Assembly (NCBI GenBank): GCA_029856125.1
Contig: JAHQWJ010000120.1
Coordinates: 1 to 64,000, forward strand
Reading direction: 5' to 3'
DNA from: Promethearchaeia archaeon
Lineage (GTDB): Archaea; Asgardarchaeota; Lokiarchaeia; Sigyniarchaeales; SOKP01
DNA length: 64,000 nucleotides
Made by a program: the position numbers and the translations under genes. Positions 18,378 through 25,956 of this stretch are shown here, in pieces. Positions within the stretch are counted from its first letter, which is position 1. Each line of letters starts with the position of its first letter. Under the pieces are notes generated by a model, which searched no databases, had not been told where the DNA came from, and saw only the letters and a program-made list of their open reading frames with translations.

Positions 18378-19859
18378 ATGAGTAGAGATCATTTCCTCCA
18401 TGGATTTTTAAATCCTAAAAGCGTGGCTTTTTTTGGGGCTAATAACAAAGGAAGTTCCTTAGCAGCAATTCAAATTATGAACCTAATAAAATCCGGATAT
18501 ACGGGAAATGTCTATCCAATTCATCCTAAATTGGACGTAGTTATGGGTTTTAAAACTTATAAAACCATCGCAGATGTTCCTGAAGTTCCTGATCTTGTTG
18601 TTATTGTGTTAACAGCCAAAATTGTTCCTCAAGTATTTAAAGAATGCGGGGAAAAAGGAGTGGATAAGATAATTTTAATATCTGGGGGCTTTCGTGAATT
18701 ATCCGGCGACCGTAAAAACACTCTAACTGAAGAAATTAACGAGATTGCTCGTAAATATGGAATAAGGTTTATTGGTCCAAACTGTTTAGGACTTTTTAAT
18801 AATTGGTACGAACCTACCAATGACAATAGTGCGTTTAATATAGCTATATGGGAACATTTAAGAAAAGGAAATTTTTCTATTGCGTCTCAGAGTGGAACGC
18901 TTTCATCGCATATATGGTTTGATCCCGAAAATTTAGATTTAGGATTAAGTAAATCCTTATCAGTTGGAAACGAAGCTAATATTGATATCGTAGATTGTTT
19001 GGAATACTATAAAGATGACGAAGAAACAGAAGTTATAGGGCTTTATATTGAGGAGTTAAAGCGTGGAAAGCGATTTTTAGAATTGGCAAGAGAGATAACT
19101 CCTACAAAACCGATTATCGCGATTTATGTTGGGGGTTCTGAAGGAGGCAATAGAGCCTTACAAAGCCATACGGGGTCCCTCGCAGGCGATTCAAAAATAT
19201 ACAACGCCGCATTTAAAGAAACATGTGTTATTAAAACAGACTATGTTCAAGAATTCTTAGATATATCCTTAATTTTCTCAAATAAAATCTTACCAAAAGG
19301 CAATAGAATAGCCATTATTACAAATTCTGGAGGACCAGGGGCTATGATTGCCAATAATGCAGAAAATCATGGACTTATCGTTCCTGAATTTTCTGAATCG
19401 CTTCAAAAGGACCTGAAAGCGATCCTACCAACAACTGCAGGCTTTAATAATCCTGTCGATTGCACGTTTGATATGAACCTTCCTTATTTTTACATAACTC
19501 TCCCAGAACTAATAATGAAATCTGGTGAGATAGATGCTATCTTCCAATATGGCGTTGTTGGGTTCCAGGATGTTATCGATGATTATCTCCAAAATGAAGA
19601 GATCGCAAAATGGGCAGAATTTCAAAACCAATCCGAAGAAGACATGGATAAGTTAGCTGAAAAACTACTCCAACCAACTATAAAAAACAGTCAAAAATAT
19701 TCAGTTCCGATTTTTTACATTAACCCTATGAGCTTTACAAGTCCATGGTCTAAGCGGTTAAGAAAGAACGGAGCTCTACTTTTTAAATTGTGGGATAGGC
19801 CTGTAAACGCCCTAGCTAAAGTCTGTGAATACATTAAATACAAACAGAAACAGGAATAA
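18378..19859 (+). CDS. ADP-forming acyl-CoA synthetase alpha subunit
   Basis: IGPNCLG, SQSG, SVGNEA, SHTGSLAG (phospho-His), TNSGGPG, NPVD. Confidence 0.88.
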   Translation: MSRDHFLHGFLNPKSVAFFGANNKGSSLAAIQIMNLIKSGYTGNVYPIHPKLDVVMGFKTYKTIADVPEVPDLVVIVLTAKIVPQVFKECGEKGVDKIILISGGFRELSGDRKNTLTEEINEIARKYGIRFIGPNCLGLFNNWYEPTNDNSAFNIAIWEHLRKGNFSIASQSGTLSSHIWFDPENLDLGLSKSLSVGNEANIDIVDCLEYYKDDEETEVIGLYIEELKRGKRFLELAREITPTKPIIAIYVGGSEGGNRALQSHTGSLAGDSKIYNAAFKETCVIKTDYVQEFLDISLIFSNKILPKGNRIAIITNSGGPGAMIANNAENHGLIVPEFSESLQKDLKAILPTTAGFNNPVDCTFDMNLPYFYITLPELIMKSGEIDAIFQYGVVGFQDVIDDYLQNEEIAKWAEFQNQSEEDMDKLAEKLLQPTIKNSQKYSVPIFYINPMSFTSPWSKRLRKNGALLFKLWDRPVNALAKVCEYIKYKQKQE

Positions 19860-19863
19860 CTGT

Positions 19864-21132
19864 TTATAACAACATTTTTTTTGAAATAGAAAGTGCACAG
19901 TGTTTACCGCACATAGTGCAAAGTTCTCCATCAGTTAGGTGTCTCTTTTTTGGTTCATCGGGATCTATACAGAATTCAAACTGCTCTTTCCATTTTTTTA
20001 AATAGCGATTCTTAGAAAGTTCCAAATCGTCGTTAAAAAGGTGGTTCAAACCAAATTTCATAGAATCCCCTACGTGTGCGGCAATTTTACAAGCAATTAA
20101 TCCATTTTTGATATCTTCAAGCGTAGGTAAGCAAAGATGCTCAGCAGGTGTTATTGCACATATGTAATCTGCGCCAAACCCCGAAGCAAATGCGCCTCCG
20201 ATAGCAGCAGCAATATGATCGTGACCTGTAGCTATATCAATTGGAAGTGGTCCTGATACGAAAAGTGGTCTATTGTCGGTTATCTTCTTATGTAGTTTTA
20301 CCCATTTTATTATGTCTTTTGCGGTTATATGACCTCCCAAGCTTTCTAAAATTACCTGAATTCCATAGCTGTTTGCTTTTTTTGCTAATTTGTTATTCAT
20401 CTTTATTTCAGAAAGCTGAAATTCATCAACTTCATCGTGAATGCAACCACTTCTTAAGGCGTTTCCCAGATTTAGTACAACATCGTATTCTTTGATTAAT
20501 TCAAGAAGATTCTCGAAATTTTGTAGAAAAGGATTTTCAACTTCTTTAGCTTTCATATAAGAAGCAGTCAAACTTCCTCCTTTTGAAACCATTTTCATTA
20601 TTCTTTTTCCTTTCATTTCGTTTAATGTGTCAAGAGAAAACCCAGAATGCAACACTATCGAACTTACTCCATCTTTGAGTTGTTTTTCTACTACTTTAAA
20701 AATCAAATCTTCTGTTATTCCCGATAAATGTTCAGCTTCAATTACAGCTTGATAGATCGGAACGGTCGTTATAGGAACGCTTGAAATTTCGATAATTTTC
20801 TTCCTAATTTCGTCAATTTCTCCACCCATTGAAAGATCTGAGATGGTATCTGCACCATACTTCTGAGCTACCTCTACTTTTTTAAATTCTTCGTTTAAAT
20901 CTATAGCTGAAGAAGATGTGCCAAGATTAACGTTTATCTTCGTTCTCAAAGGAGTACCGATACCTACAGGGTGATAATTATCTCTTTTCATCACAACCAC
21001 TTCTCCTTTTGAGATCTTTTTCATTAACTTTTTAACGTCAATTCCTTCGTTCTCAGCAATATAGCGCATTTCTTTTGAAATGACATTTCCTAGAGCGTCT
21101 TCTAAAATCGTCATCGCATAATAAAATTCCAT
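19864..21132 (-). CDS. thiC: Phosphomethylpyrimidine synthase ThiC family (BzaA/B/F-like paralog not excluded)
   Basis: KINVNLGTS, GADTISDLS, VSKGGS, LRSGCIHD, ITPAEHL, C-terminal CTMCGKHC. Confidence 0.85.
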   Translation of the reverse strand: MEFYYAMTILEDALGNVISKEMRYIAENEGIDVKKLMKKISKGEVVVMKRDNYHPVGIGTPLRTKINVNLGTSSSAIDLNEEFKKVEVAQKYGADTISDLSMGGEIDEIRKKIIEISSVPITTVPIYQAVIEAEHLSGITEDLIFKVVEKQLKDGVSSIVLHSGFSLDTLNEMKGKRIMKMVSKGGSLTASYMKAKEVENPFLQNFENLLELIKEYDVVLNLGNALRSGCIHDEVDEFQLSEIKMNNKLAKKANSYGIQVILESLGGHITAKDIIKWVKLHKKITDNRPLFVSGPLPIDIATGHDHIAAAIGGAFASGFGADYICAITPAEHLCLPTLEDIKNGLIACKIAAHVGDSMKFGLNHLFNDDLELSKNRYLKKWKEQFEFCIDPDEPKKRHLTDGELCTMCGKHCALSISKKMLL

Positions 21133-21291
21133 GTTTAATTGGTATAGGAGTAATAATGGAGAAGGTCAATTATATTTTACTCATGTTTAAAGAGAAGTAA
21201 AGTCTCTTTTTGATGATATTTATCCTACACTTAAAAAAATTCTATAGTCTATAGAGATATCCTTTAAATTTTTCCAATTAAAACCAATAGT

Positions 21292-21888
21292 ATGGATTCG
21301 TACGATAAATTACCTGATGCTGAAATTAAACCTGTTGGAGAACTTTCAAAAAAGTTTTTAGACTTAGGAATTAAAACCTTTAAGGGAGCTTGTGACTATG
21401 TGCATAAGATTGACTATGGTTATAACACAAATTATGAAGATAAAATGATATTCTTCAAAGAAAAAAAAGGTACTTGCACTACCAAACATGCTGTAATCGC
21501 AGGCCTAGCACAAGAACTTGAAATTCCACTATATAAACACGTATGCGTTTATAAGTTTACTGAAGAAATAACAACTGGAGTAAACGAAATTTTGAAAAAA
21601 TTTAAGATTCCCTACATTCCTATGACTCATTGCTTTCTAGTATATGAGAACTACCGATTTGATCTTACCGAAGGTAATCACAATGGAAAAAAAAAACCAA
21701 TTGATGATTGTATCCATGCGGAAAGAGTCGATCCGTTCATTAGTAGAAAAGAAGAATATTTACTCTTTAAAAAGGTATTAAAAGAAAAAATTCTTCCATC
21801 AAAAGAAATGGAGGGAATAGCAGAAAAAACCCTACTAAAAGCCAGAGCAAAAGGCATTATCCTTTTAACAAACTGCATTTTAGTGTAG
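21292..21888 (+). CDS. Hypothetical protein, transglutaminase-like
   Basis: GTCTTKH...HCFL...FDLT suggests a Cys-His-Asp triad. Confidence 0.6.
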   Translation: MDSYDKLPDAEIKPVGELSKKFLDLGIKTFKGACDYVHKIDYGYNTNYEDKMIFFKEKKGTCTTKHAVIAGLAQELEIPLYKHVCVYKFTEEITTGVNEILKKFKIPYIPMTHCFLVYENYRFDLTEGNHNGKKKPIDDCIHAERVDPFISRKEEYLLFKKVLKEKILPSKEMEGIAEKTLLKARAKGIILLTNCILV

Positions 21889-21937
21889 TTATAGTAAGTA
21901 GGATAAAGTAATTATAAGTAGTCTCATTTTAATTATT

Positions 21938-22777
21938 ATGGAAAGCGATAAGAAGAAGGAAACTGAAGGAAGCGTCGTTAATTTTACTCAAAAACCTAGC
22001 ACATTAACTTCGCTAAAACGCGATTTTGAAGCTCTTGGTGTTAAACCAGGTGCTAATATAATAATGCATAGTTCGTTAAGTAAAATAGGCTGGACCGTTG
22101 GAGGACCAGTATCAGTTATTAGAGCCTTAATGCAAACCCTAACTCCCGAAGGCACTTTAGTGATGCCAACATTTTCTAGTGATAACTCTGAACCATCTAA
22201 ATGGGAAAACCCCCCCGTACCTGAGAGTTGGTGGGATACGATTAGAGAAGAAATGCCGGCCTTCAATCCAAAAATAACCCCCACTCGAGCAATGGGGACG
22301 ATTGTGGATACTTTTAGAAATTGGCCTAATGTCCTACGGAGCAATCACCCTATGTCATCTTTCGCAGCGTGGGGTAAACACGCAAAATTTATCACCGAAA
22401 ACCACGAATTAATAGGAGATCTTGGAGAAGGATCCCCCATTTCGCGTTTATATGAACTCAATGGACAAATATTATTAGTAGGAGTTAATCATGAGAACAA
22501 TTCATCGATCCATCTTGCCGAATATAGAAGTGATTTTCCGGGTAAAAAATATGATAAAACTGGATGCGCAATGCTGATAAATAATCAGAGAAAATGGATC
22601 GAATGGGAAGAATTAGACTTAAATCCTGACGATTTTGAACAACTCGGAGCTGATTTTGAATCCACCATTGATTACAAACCAGGAAAAATTGGACTGGCAG
22701 AGACTCGGTTGATACCACTCCGGGCTATCGTAGATTTTGGAGTTGAGTGGCTAAAAAAGAACCGAAAAGTTCCTTAA
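21938..22777 (+). CDS. AAC(3)/YokD-family N-acetyltransferase
   Basis: MHSSLSKIGW, LVMPTF, RSNHP, NSSIHLAE. Confidence 0.88.
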   Translation: MESDKKKETEGSVVNFTQKPSTLTSLKRDFEALGVKPGANIIMHSSLSKIGWTVGGPVSVIRALMQTLTPEGTLVMPTFSSDNSEPSKWENPPVPESWWDTIREEMPAFNPKITPTRAMGTIVDTFRNWPNVLRSNHPMSSFAAWGKHAKFITENHELIGDLGEGSPISRLYELNGQILLVGVNHENNSSIHLAEYRSDFPGKKYDKTGCAMLINNQRKWIEWEELDLNPDDFEQLGADFESTIDYKPGKIGLAETRLIPLRAIVDFGVEWLKKNRKVP

Positions 22778-22812
22778 ACTTACTACGTAATTAAAACTTA
22801 TAGTGATTTTAT

Positions 22813-23643
22813 ATGAAAATGATTAATGAAACTGCAATCGTAACCGGTTCTACAAGTGGGATTGGTAAAAAAATAGCCGAACTATTTCTTAAAGAAGGGT
22901 GTAAAGTAGTAATCTGTTCTCGAAACGAAACTAACGTAAATAGAACTGTCACAGAGTTTAAAAAACGATTTGGCGACTCTGTCATCGGTATACCTTGTGA
23001 CGTTTCTGATCCTGATGCCGTTAAAAATCTTGTTGACAAAACCATTGAAGCTTTTGGATCCATCCGTATCTTAGTAGCGAACGCCGGCGTGAACTTAACC
23101 TATGGGCCCTTTCAATATTTGGCACCTGATAAGGTTTACTCAGACGCTAAAACAATCATAGGAATTAATTTAATTGGAGCAATAAATTCAATATCTGCAG
23201 TATTACCCCAAATGATTAAACAAGAATATGGAAGAATAATAACATTATCAGGCGGTGGAGCCGATAGACCAATGGAACATATGACAATTTACTCTGCTTC
23301 TAAAGGAGGAGTCGTTGCATTTTCCCAGTGCTTAGCAAAGGAGTTAGAAACGAGTGAAATTAATATCAAAATTAACATATTTCAGCCTGGAATGGTGCTG
23401 ACAAATTTATATAATGTGTCATTGATTGAAGCTTGGAAGGATAGGGAAACGTATGAATCTCAGATGGAATTATTGAAGAAATATGTTATGACGGATGTTG
23501 AAAAGAGTAGCATGACAGTCATTCCTTACGCATTACCAACGTGTAAAGATAATGGTAAATCTTTCAGGGGTTTTCCACTTGCAAAGATGATCAGAGGGTT
23601 TATGAAAGTTTCAAAAGAAATGAAGCGTGCAAATACCAATTAA
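22813..23643 (+). CDS. Short-chain dehydrogenase/reductase
   Basis: TGSTSGIG, NAG, YSASK. Confidence 0.9.
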   Translation: MKMINETAIVTGSTSGIGKKIAELFLKEGCKVVICSRNETNVNRTVTEFKKRFGDSVIGIPCDVSDPDAVKNLVDKTIEAFGSIRILVANAGVNLTYGPFQYLAPDKVYSDAKTIIGINLIGAINSISAVLPQMIKQEYGRIITLSGGGADRPMEHMTIYSASKGGVVAFSQCLAKELETSEINIKINIFQPGMVLTNLYNVSLIEAWKDRETYESQMELLKKYVMTDVEKSSMTVIPYALPTCKDNGKSFRGFPLAKMIRGFMKVSKEMKRANTN

Positions 23644-23815
23644 AACGCTTATTTTCAAAACTAACTAGAATTCTTTTTGACAATTAAAAATAATAAAAAA
23701 AAAAGATAAGGTTAGATAACAATCGCAAAAAGAGTTTACAATTTTTTACTTAATTATTATTTAATACTTATTATATATTTAATTACATTTGTAGATTTAT
23801 ACTAACTCATTTAAC

Positions 23816-24079
23816 TTAATAGCGATTTCTTCTGCCGCCTCGATTATACGAATCCATTGAAGGAGGGGCTTTTTCGGTTACTACAACATTTGAAGCTTGA
23901 GGACCTTTTTGGCCTTCGGTTACTTCAAACTCAACCTTATCGTTTTCGTTTAATGTCTTGTATTCGTCATCTCCACCAGCTAATGCGGAGAAATGAACAA
24001 AGACATCAGTACCATCTTCAGAATTAATAAATCCAAATCCTTTTCGTGAATTGAACCATTTTACTGTTCCTGTAGTCAA
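23816..24079 (-). CDS. Cold-shock domain protein with Arg/Gly tail (TTG start)
   Basis: GTVKWFN, KGFGFI (RNP1), VFVHF (RNP2), KGPQASNV. Confidence 0.93.
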   Translation of the reverse strand: MTTGTVKWFNSRKGFGFINSEDGTDVFVHFSALAGGDDEYKTLNENDKVEFEVTEGQKGPQASNVVVTEKAPPSMDSYNRGGRRNRY

Positions 24080-24405
24080 AAAATTTCAACCAATTTTGTT
24101 TTTTTTTTAAAATTCTTTAATTTTTTCTTAAAGAATTAATTACAAAAAGAATCCATGGGTAATTAATTTTTCCTTTTAAACATAGTATCCTTCATTAAAA
24201 ATTCACATTTTTAAATATTTTGTAAGAATGCCATCGATTCATAAAGGCTTTAACAAGATGTTTGAAGAATTAAAATTTTATACTAAAAATTATTAAAAAA
24301 AAAGAGATAAGGTTAGATAACAATCGCAAAAAGAGTTTTTTACTTTTATTATTTAATACTTATTATATTTAATTACGTTTGTAGATTTATTCTAACTCAT
24401 TTAAA

Positions 24406-24693
24406 TTAATAGCGATTTCGTCTTCCGCCGCCGCCACCGCCTCGATTATACGAGTTAAATTGAGGTGGAGCTTTTTCGGTTACGACAACATTGGAAGCTT
24501 GAGGGCCTTTTTGACCTTCGGTTACTTCAAATTCAACCTTATCGTTTTCGTTTAACGTTTTGTATTCGTCATCTCCACCAGCTAATGCGGTGTAGTGAAC
24601 GAAGACATCGTCACCTTCTTCTGAATTAATAAATCCAAATCCTTTTCGTGAATTGAACCATTTTACTGTTCCTTTAACCAATTTTAAAACCAA
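24406..24693 (-). CDS. Cold-shock domain protein paralog (TTG start, possibly 24681)
   Basis: Near-identical to 23816-24079; tail [13 protein letters not shown]. Confidence 0.93.
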   Translation of the reverse strand: MVLKLVKGTVKWFNSRKGFGFINSEEGDDVFVHYTALAGGDDEYKTLNENDKVEFEVTEGQKGPQASNVVVTEKAPPQFNSYNRGGGGGGRRNRY

Positions 24694-24807
24694 TTTTTTT
24701 TAGAACTAATTCTTTCTATATCAAAGAATTATTTAAATTAACAATCCATCAATAATATATTTTTACCTTTTATTCAAAAACTAAAACAAATTTCGATAGT
24801 GGAACAG

Positions 24808-25641
24808 TTAATCTACCCAAAAACCTTTTGCCAATCTTCTTCTCGTTTGCCACAAACCATCTTTAGCAGTGAAGCCGAGAACGCCTTTGCCTTGATCTGC
24901 GTCTTTTATTTGCCAAAATCCACTCACCGCTCCCGTTAAAGCGCCGGATAAAACTTCGAAACCTTGAGCTGTGTATAAATCACATTCTACGCCCCTGTTA
25001 ATAATAAATTTTAATTGACGCATTCCTTGTTGATTTTTGGATTTAAGCACTTCTAGTAATCGCTCAACTTCTTCATCTAGTTGATCGTTGGCAACAACTC
25101 GGTTCCATAAATTCCATTCAACAGCCTTTTTGCTCGTGTGAAGCGCTCCAATAAGATTGATTTCCTTCGCTCTTCTTCGACCTATTAATCGTGCTAAGCG
25201 CGTCGTACCACCCCATCCTGGAGTTATTCCAACATCCACCTCAGGCATACCCCATTTTGAGCGTTCCGTAGCTATAACAAAATCACAAGCCATGGTAATC
25301 TCCAACCCCCCTCCCACAGCAAAACCGTCTACCGCGGCTATAGTCATTTTATCCAGTTCCTCGAGCTGATTGGCCATATTTTGATAGTATCGAACTCTTC
25401 GAGTTATATCGTTAGCGTTTCCCCATTTAATCATCTCTTTAATATCATCGCCAACGCAGAAGTTTGGACCCTCACCTTTGATGACCAAGAATTTGAGCTT
25501 TGTAGATTGTCTCACAATTTCTATGGCTGCGACGATTTCTTCTGAAAGCTTCATGCTTAACGCGTTCATCACCTTAGGTCTATTGAGTAATATCCAGGCA
25601 GTCTCTTCATTTTCCCTATAAATTAAATTTTCGAATTTCAT
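24808..25641 (-). CDS. Enoyl-CoA hydratase/isomerase (crotonase)
   Basis: LNRPKVMNAL, GGGLE, PEVDVGITPGWGG. Confidence 0.9.
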   Translation of the reverse strand: MKFENLIYRENEETAWILLNRPKVMNALSMKLSEEIVAAIEIVRQSTKLKFLVIKGEGPNFCVGDDIKEMIKWGNANDITRRVRYYQNMANQLEELDKMTIAAVDGFAVGGGLEITMACDFVIATERSKWGMPEVDVGITPGWGGTTRLARLIGRRRAKEINLIGALHTSKKAVEWNLWNRVVANDQLDEEVERLLEVLKSKNQQGMRQLKFIINRGVECDLYTAQGFEVLSGALTGAVSGFWQIKDADQGKGVLGFTAKDGLWQTRRRLAKGFWVD

Positions 25642-25717
25642 AATTTATTCTTAATTCACGATAGATTTTAAATTTATATTGCTTAATTACCAATTTTTCT
25701 TTAAATCTTAGATAAAA

Positions 25718-25725
25718 TTTATAAA
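25718..25725. promoter_or_regulatory. TATA box (TTTATAAA), 26 nt before the leader uORF ATG
   Basis: Matches archaeal TATA consensus; spacing fits a leaderless transcript starting near 25750; palindromic, so may also serve the divergent crotonase gene. Confidence 0.5.
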
Positions 25726-25751
25726 ACAGAAGGGATTTGCATACATTAATA

Positions 25752-25844
25752 ATGGTTCTGAAGAATGCAGCTCTAATGAGCTCAGTAAAAGAATTTTTAC
25801 AGAAAAAGGTATTACTTCAGACATTATTACAATTATTATTATAG
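25752..25844 (+). CDS. Putative leucine-rich leader peptide of leuS (MVLKNAALMSSVKEFLQKKVLLQTLLQLLL)
   Basis: Manual translation; 10 of 30 codons are Leu, 7 of the last 10; ends 112 nt before the leuS start. Confidence 0.6.
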   Translation: MVLKNAALMSSVKEFLQKKVLLQTLLQLLL

Positions 25845-25864
25845 CGATACAAATCCGCGTGATC

Positions 25865-25882
25865 TTTTTCTTTTAAATTTTT
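25865..25882 (+). terminator. U-rich tract between the leader uORF and leuS (candidate conditional terminator)
   Basis: TTTTTCTTTTAAATTTTT 20 nt after the uORF stop; archaeal terminators are oligo-U tracts. Confidence 0.4.
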
Positions 25883-25956
25883 GACGGGTTTGTTTGCCAA
25901 GCATATAAAATTTAATTGAAAAAGTCTGGAAATGACAAGATGAAGATGAGTATATC

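Larger units (their letters stand above)
23691..24775 (-). repeat. Tandem duplication (~600-nt period) of the csp gene with its upstream and downstream flanks
   Basis: AGATAAGGTTAGATAACAATCGCAAAAAGAGTTT and TTGTAGATTTATxCTAACTCATTTAA occur in both 23691-23815 and 24291-24405. Confidence 0.9.

Noticed and set aside
21133-21291. TPP riboswitch upstream of thiC
   Set aside because: No CUGAGA-type conserved core on the minus strand
23691-24405. Repeats as a CRISPR array or SECIS elements
   Set aside because: Only two copies tied to a gene duplication, no spacers or cas genes; csp genes have no in-frame TGA and no clear SECIS core was seen
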